Part shown: one piece after another, positions 59,874-64,000 of the stretch
How the letters are laid out: each line of letters opens with the position of its first letter
Position numbering within the stretch: position 1 is the first letter of the stretch
Assembly: GCA_964016885.1 (NCBI GenBank)
Contig: OZ024746.1
Coordinates: 80,228,001-80,292,000 of the forward strand
Reading direction: 5' to 3'
From: Eledone cirrhosa
Lineage: Eukaryota
Length of the DNA stretch: 64,000 bases
Position numbers and translations under genes: made by a program
The notes under the pieces: generated by a model
Told to the model about the DNA's origin: nothing
What the model saw: the letters and a program-made list of their open reading frames with translations, nothing else
The model's database searches: none

Positions 59874-60089
59874 CGAAGGAAATGTGGTAAGGAACCAGGT
59901 GGACCATAACGCACCAAAGTACTCAATACTTGGGGTAGTAGAGTGGGTAATAGGAACCAGTAAGACCCCGACAGCTGAGCTCAAGCCGTTTCGACGGCTA
60001 ATTCTGGACTAAATGAAAATTTTCATTTAGTCCAGAATTAGCCGTCGAAACGGCTTGAGCTCAGCTGTCGGGGTCTTACTGGTTCCTAT
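59871..60089. mobile_element. Short fold-back element with a perfect 140-bp palindrome
   Basis: 59950-60019 is the exact reverse complement of 60020-60089; (TA)n on both sides. Confidence 0.9.
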
Positions 60090-60314
60090 ATATATATATA
60101 TATATATATATATAGATTTTGAGTTTATGTTGGTTGTATACCAACACCTCAGTATGCAGGCTGGAGCACTCGACGAAGTGCGCAGGTTGGTTTGGTTACT
60201 CCAGTTCCCCAGTGAATTAACAACCCAACAAGGAACTGGGCATATCATATCAGAGTATTGACAATATCATACACCTAAACAACATATGTACTTGTCTATA
60301 CCATACTAATTCAA

Positions 60315-60369
60315 ACTGCCTGAAGAGGTCACAGCCAAAGATGGCTGTCACTTAAATATATATAGCAGT
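60315..60369 (+). ncRNA. Hammerhead ribozyme, probably inactivated
   Basis: ACUGC-CUGAAGA-stem II (ACAGCCA/UGGCUGU)-UAAA (for GAAA)-UAUAUA-UA/GCAGU. Confidence 0.6.
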
Positions 60370-60418
60370 AATAAACGAAGCTAAATTTTAATCATTTGAC
60401 TTTTATTTAACTTTATTT

Positions 60419-60502
<84 letters not shown>

Positions 60503-61056
60503 CTATTAAAATTTACATCGGATTTTAATTCACCTGGAGAATTCTATTTTCACGCTGGTCATAAAATCATAAATGTCATGATGAAAAAAATATCAACATC
60601 TGGTGTATAGTAGAATTATTCTGTCACGTAGCCAACTCCCATTTCCAACTAACGTTTACTACAAGTCGATTAACATAAGTAAGGGTGGTGAACAAGTTAT
60701 TATTGTCCAAATATGAATTATCTTTCCTTACCGTGAACTAGCCCTAATCAGTGTATTATTGTATGGTTTACTGATAAGAATTCAAAATGAAAAGATAGTC
60801 TTTAACCCTCGTTGAATTATTGTCTTCAATATATAACCTTTCTGGAACAAAGCTCAACAAGGAAATCTTATAATTCTACAGATAATATATTTTACATTTT
60901 TTTTTTAATATCAGATTCCCCTTTATTTTAGTAACTTATCTGTGTATGTATGTGTAAGTACTTGTGCGTGTATGTATATATGGATATGTATATGTATATA
61001 TATATATAATTCGCAAGCACAACCACAGATTCTTACAAACACATACTCACATGTAC

Positions 61057-61088
<32 letters not shown>

Positions 61089-61474
61089 CTATGTGAATAT
61101 GTTAATATACGTATGTGTATATATGCGTGTGTATGTATGTGTGTGTAGGTGTATATATATATATAAATTACTGATAGGATGAGAATTTTGCTTCGTAATA
61201 ATAGGGTCCCAAGTTCTATCCTACCTCGTGACATCTTGGACAAGAATCTTTTTACCACAAGTTTGGTTTTGTGTCTGAAATTAAGTAAATCTGCAGAAGT
61301 GTGTCGAGTGAACTCTCAATGAACTCTCGAGTGAACTCACGCAGTTATTCAAACAGCTACTCTTATCGCATATTGTGTCACGTTGATTCTGATTAAGGAT
61401 TACGTTAAGTTCGCACAAATTTGTAAAATACTCAGGTACTTACATTATAAGTCAATAAATAGCAACATCAACCG

Positions 61475-63166
61475 TCAGTATTGTACTGGTATTTTATTTT
61501 GTCGGTCCCGGAACAATGATACGCACAATTGACCTCGGTGGGATGTATGTGAACTCGGAACGCAAAGAGCCGGAACGCAAATACCTCGTGGCATTTTGTC
61601 CGATGCTCTAACGATTCTGCTATTCCACCGCCCTTTGATACAAGCATGCATTATTACTGTTAAACAAGGGCAGTGGATTGGCAGTATCGGTAGAGCGTCG
61701 GACACTATGCTTTGTGGCATAGTTAGATCCATTTACGTTCTGAGTTCAAATCCCACCGAGATTAGCTTTGCCTTTCATCCTTACGGGGTCGATAAAATAA
61801 AGTACCAGTAATGCACTGCGGTCGATTTAATCGACTTTCCTCTCCCCCCAAAAAACTCCTGGCCTTGAGTCTATAGTAGAAGGCAGTATCAGTAGAGAGT
61901 CGGACGCCATGCTTTCCAGCATAGTTACGTCCCTTTACGATCTGAGTTCAAATCCCGCCGAGGTTGACTTTGCCTTTCATCCTTACGGGGTCGATAAAAT
62001 AAAGTACCAGTAATGTACTGAGTAATTGCTGGCCTTGTGCCTAAAGTAGAAACAATTATTATTGTTAAACAAGGGCAGTAGATTGGCAGTATCGGTAGAG
62101 CGTCAGACACTATGCTTCGCGGTATAGAATTATGTCCCTTTACGTTCTCAGTTAAACTCCCGCCAAGGTTAGCTATGTCTTTCATCCTTACGGGGTCGAT
62201 AAAATAAAGTACCAGTCACTCACTGGGGTTGATTTAATCGACTTTCCCATCCTCCAATATTGCTGGCCTTGTGTCTATATAAGAAACAATTATTATTGTT
62301 ATACAAGGGCGGTGAATTGGCAGTATAGGTGGAGGGTCGGACATGCTTTCCAGCATATTTACTTCCCTTGACGATCTGAGTTCAAATCCCACCGAGGTCA
62401 ACTTTGCCTTTCATCCTTACGGGGTCGATAAAATAAAGTACCAGTAATGTACTGGGTAATTGCTGGCCTTGTGCCTAAAGTAGAAACAATTATTACTGTT
62501 ATACAAATGTGGGTTGATTTGTAGAGTCGTGAGAGCGCAGGATAAAATGTCTTATAGTGTTTCGTTACAGCTTTTTTTTCCTTTTTTTTGTTCTGAGTTC
62601 AAATCCTGCCTTGATCAACTTTGCTTTTATGATTTTGAAGTTGGTTTACTCCACTTTTAGACTTTCCCTCCACCTTAAATTGCTCACTTTGTCCCTCGAT
62701 TGGCTAAGGGCGGTGAATTAGCAGTATTGGTAGAGAGTCGGACGCCATGCTTTCCAGCATAGTTACGTCCCTTTACCGTCTGAGTTAAAATCCCGTCGAG
62801 GTCTACTTTGCCTTTCATCCTTACGGGTTCGATAAAATAAAGTACCAGTAATGTACTGAGTAATTGCTGGCCTTGTGCCAAAGTAGAAACAATTATTATT
62901 GTGCTAAAGCTAAGTATTATTATTCCGATATAACTCCATGACACTGGAATAATAATGGTTTCTACTTTAGGCACAAGGCCAGCAATTTGAAGCGAAGGGG
63001 GAAAGTCGATTAAGTCGACCCCAGTGCATTACTGCTACTTTATTTTATCGACTCCGTAAGGATGAAAAGCAAAGTTAACCATGGTGGGATTTGAACTCAG
63101 ATCATAAAGGGCCGTAACTCTTTACTGCAAAGCATGGCGTCCGACCCTCTACCTATACTGCCAATA
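61475..63166. mobile_element. Cluster of about 8 SINE family 1 copies
   Basis: Minus 61475-61633; plus ~61666, 61882, 62071, 62305, 62505 (diverged), 62706; minus 62951-63166. Confidence 0.92.
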
Positions 63167-63583
63167 ATGTCTGCTTCAACCACAGGATGATTTATTATGG
63201 AAATTGATGAAGAGAAAGAGAGGAAGTACAGGGATAGACGCGTAGTCAGACAGGCAATATAAGATTCCTATTACATAAGTGTTAAATAAGCACGAACTAA
63301 AAAGATATCTTATTACTTCGGCTGTAAGACACTTATGTTCTCTTGGGGTGTGGAAGTCGACGCTTATAATCTTCAAATTATTTCAGAGCAGAGTTAGAAA
63401 TAATTTCTCATGTAGAATTAATTAATAACATATGAGCTATGCCGCGGTAACACACACACACACACACATACACACACATACACACACATACACATACACA
63501 CACACATACACACACAGACATACACACACACACACTTACATATATATGTGTGTGTGTGTGTGTGTATATATATAAATATATAA

Positions 63584-63632
<49 letters not shown>

Positions 63633-64000
63633 CATATATATATATATGTATGTGTATATATATATATATATATATATAAAGACAGAGAGAGAGGGGGGGA
63701 GTGAGAGATGCACATATACATATATAAATATATTTGTGTGGTATGGCCGGCGGTAATCGCGTGTGTGTGTGTGTCAATAAATCTCACATGAACTCACCAG
63801 AGTCCGTATATTTAAACTGGTCTCAATCGAAATGTAGCACACAGAAATGACCCAACGAATAGTTGTAAGTGATTATAAATAATTCCCGACAAGCACATAA
63901 GACTAAGAAATAATAGGAAATAATAAATATTTGTCACACCTTATTAAAGAGAATAGGTTTTTTTTAGTCTTTCCAAATATTTGTTTCTATGCCATCCACT

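Noticed and set aside
61650-62900. CRISPR-like regular repeats (also 43430-45010)
   Set aside because: Units are ~200-bp SINEs or compound microsatellites; no unique spacers, no cas genes, eukaryotic context.

Overview
AT-rich, microsatellite-saturated eukaryotic non-coding DNA, most likely from an octopus or other coleoid cephalopod (inferred from SINE families and repeat landscape, not verified). No host gene or intact RNA gene can be supported, and almost all listed ORFs are microsatellite artefacts. The interpretable content is mobile DNA: two related RLE-type (R4/Dong-like) non-LTR retrotransposon families whose 7 copies all sit in (CATA)n tracts in one orientation; a Tx1/L1-type element whose three intact termini-bearing pieces abut (TCTA)n; RTE-like elements, one with a ~45-bp TSD; Penelope-like remnants (GIY-YIG fragments, fold-back ends, minimal hammerhead ribozymes) within (TA)n; two tRNA-derived SINE families; a 5S-derived SINE-like remnant; hAT and mariner MITEs; a Helitron/Helentron-like element; (TA)n-centred palindromes; and higher-order minisatellites. 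The most interesting signal is an apparent partitioning of microsatellite types among different retroelements as insertion niches.
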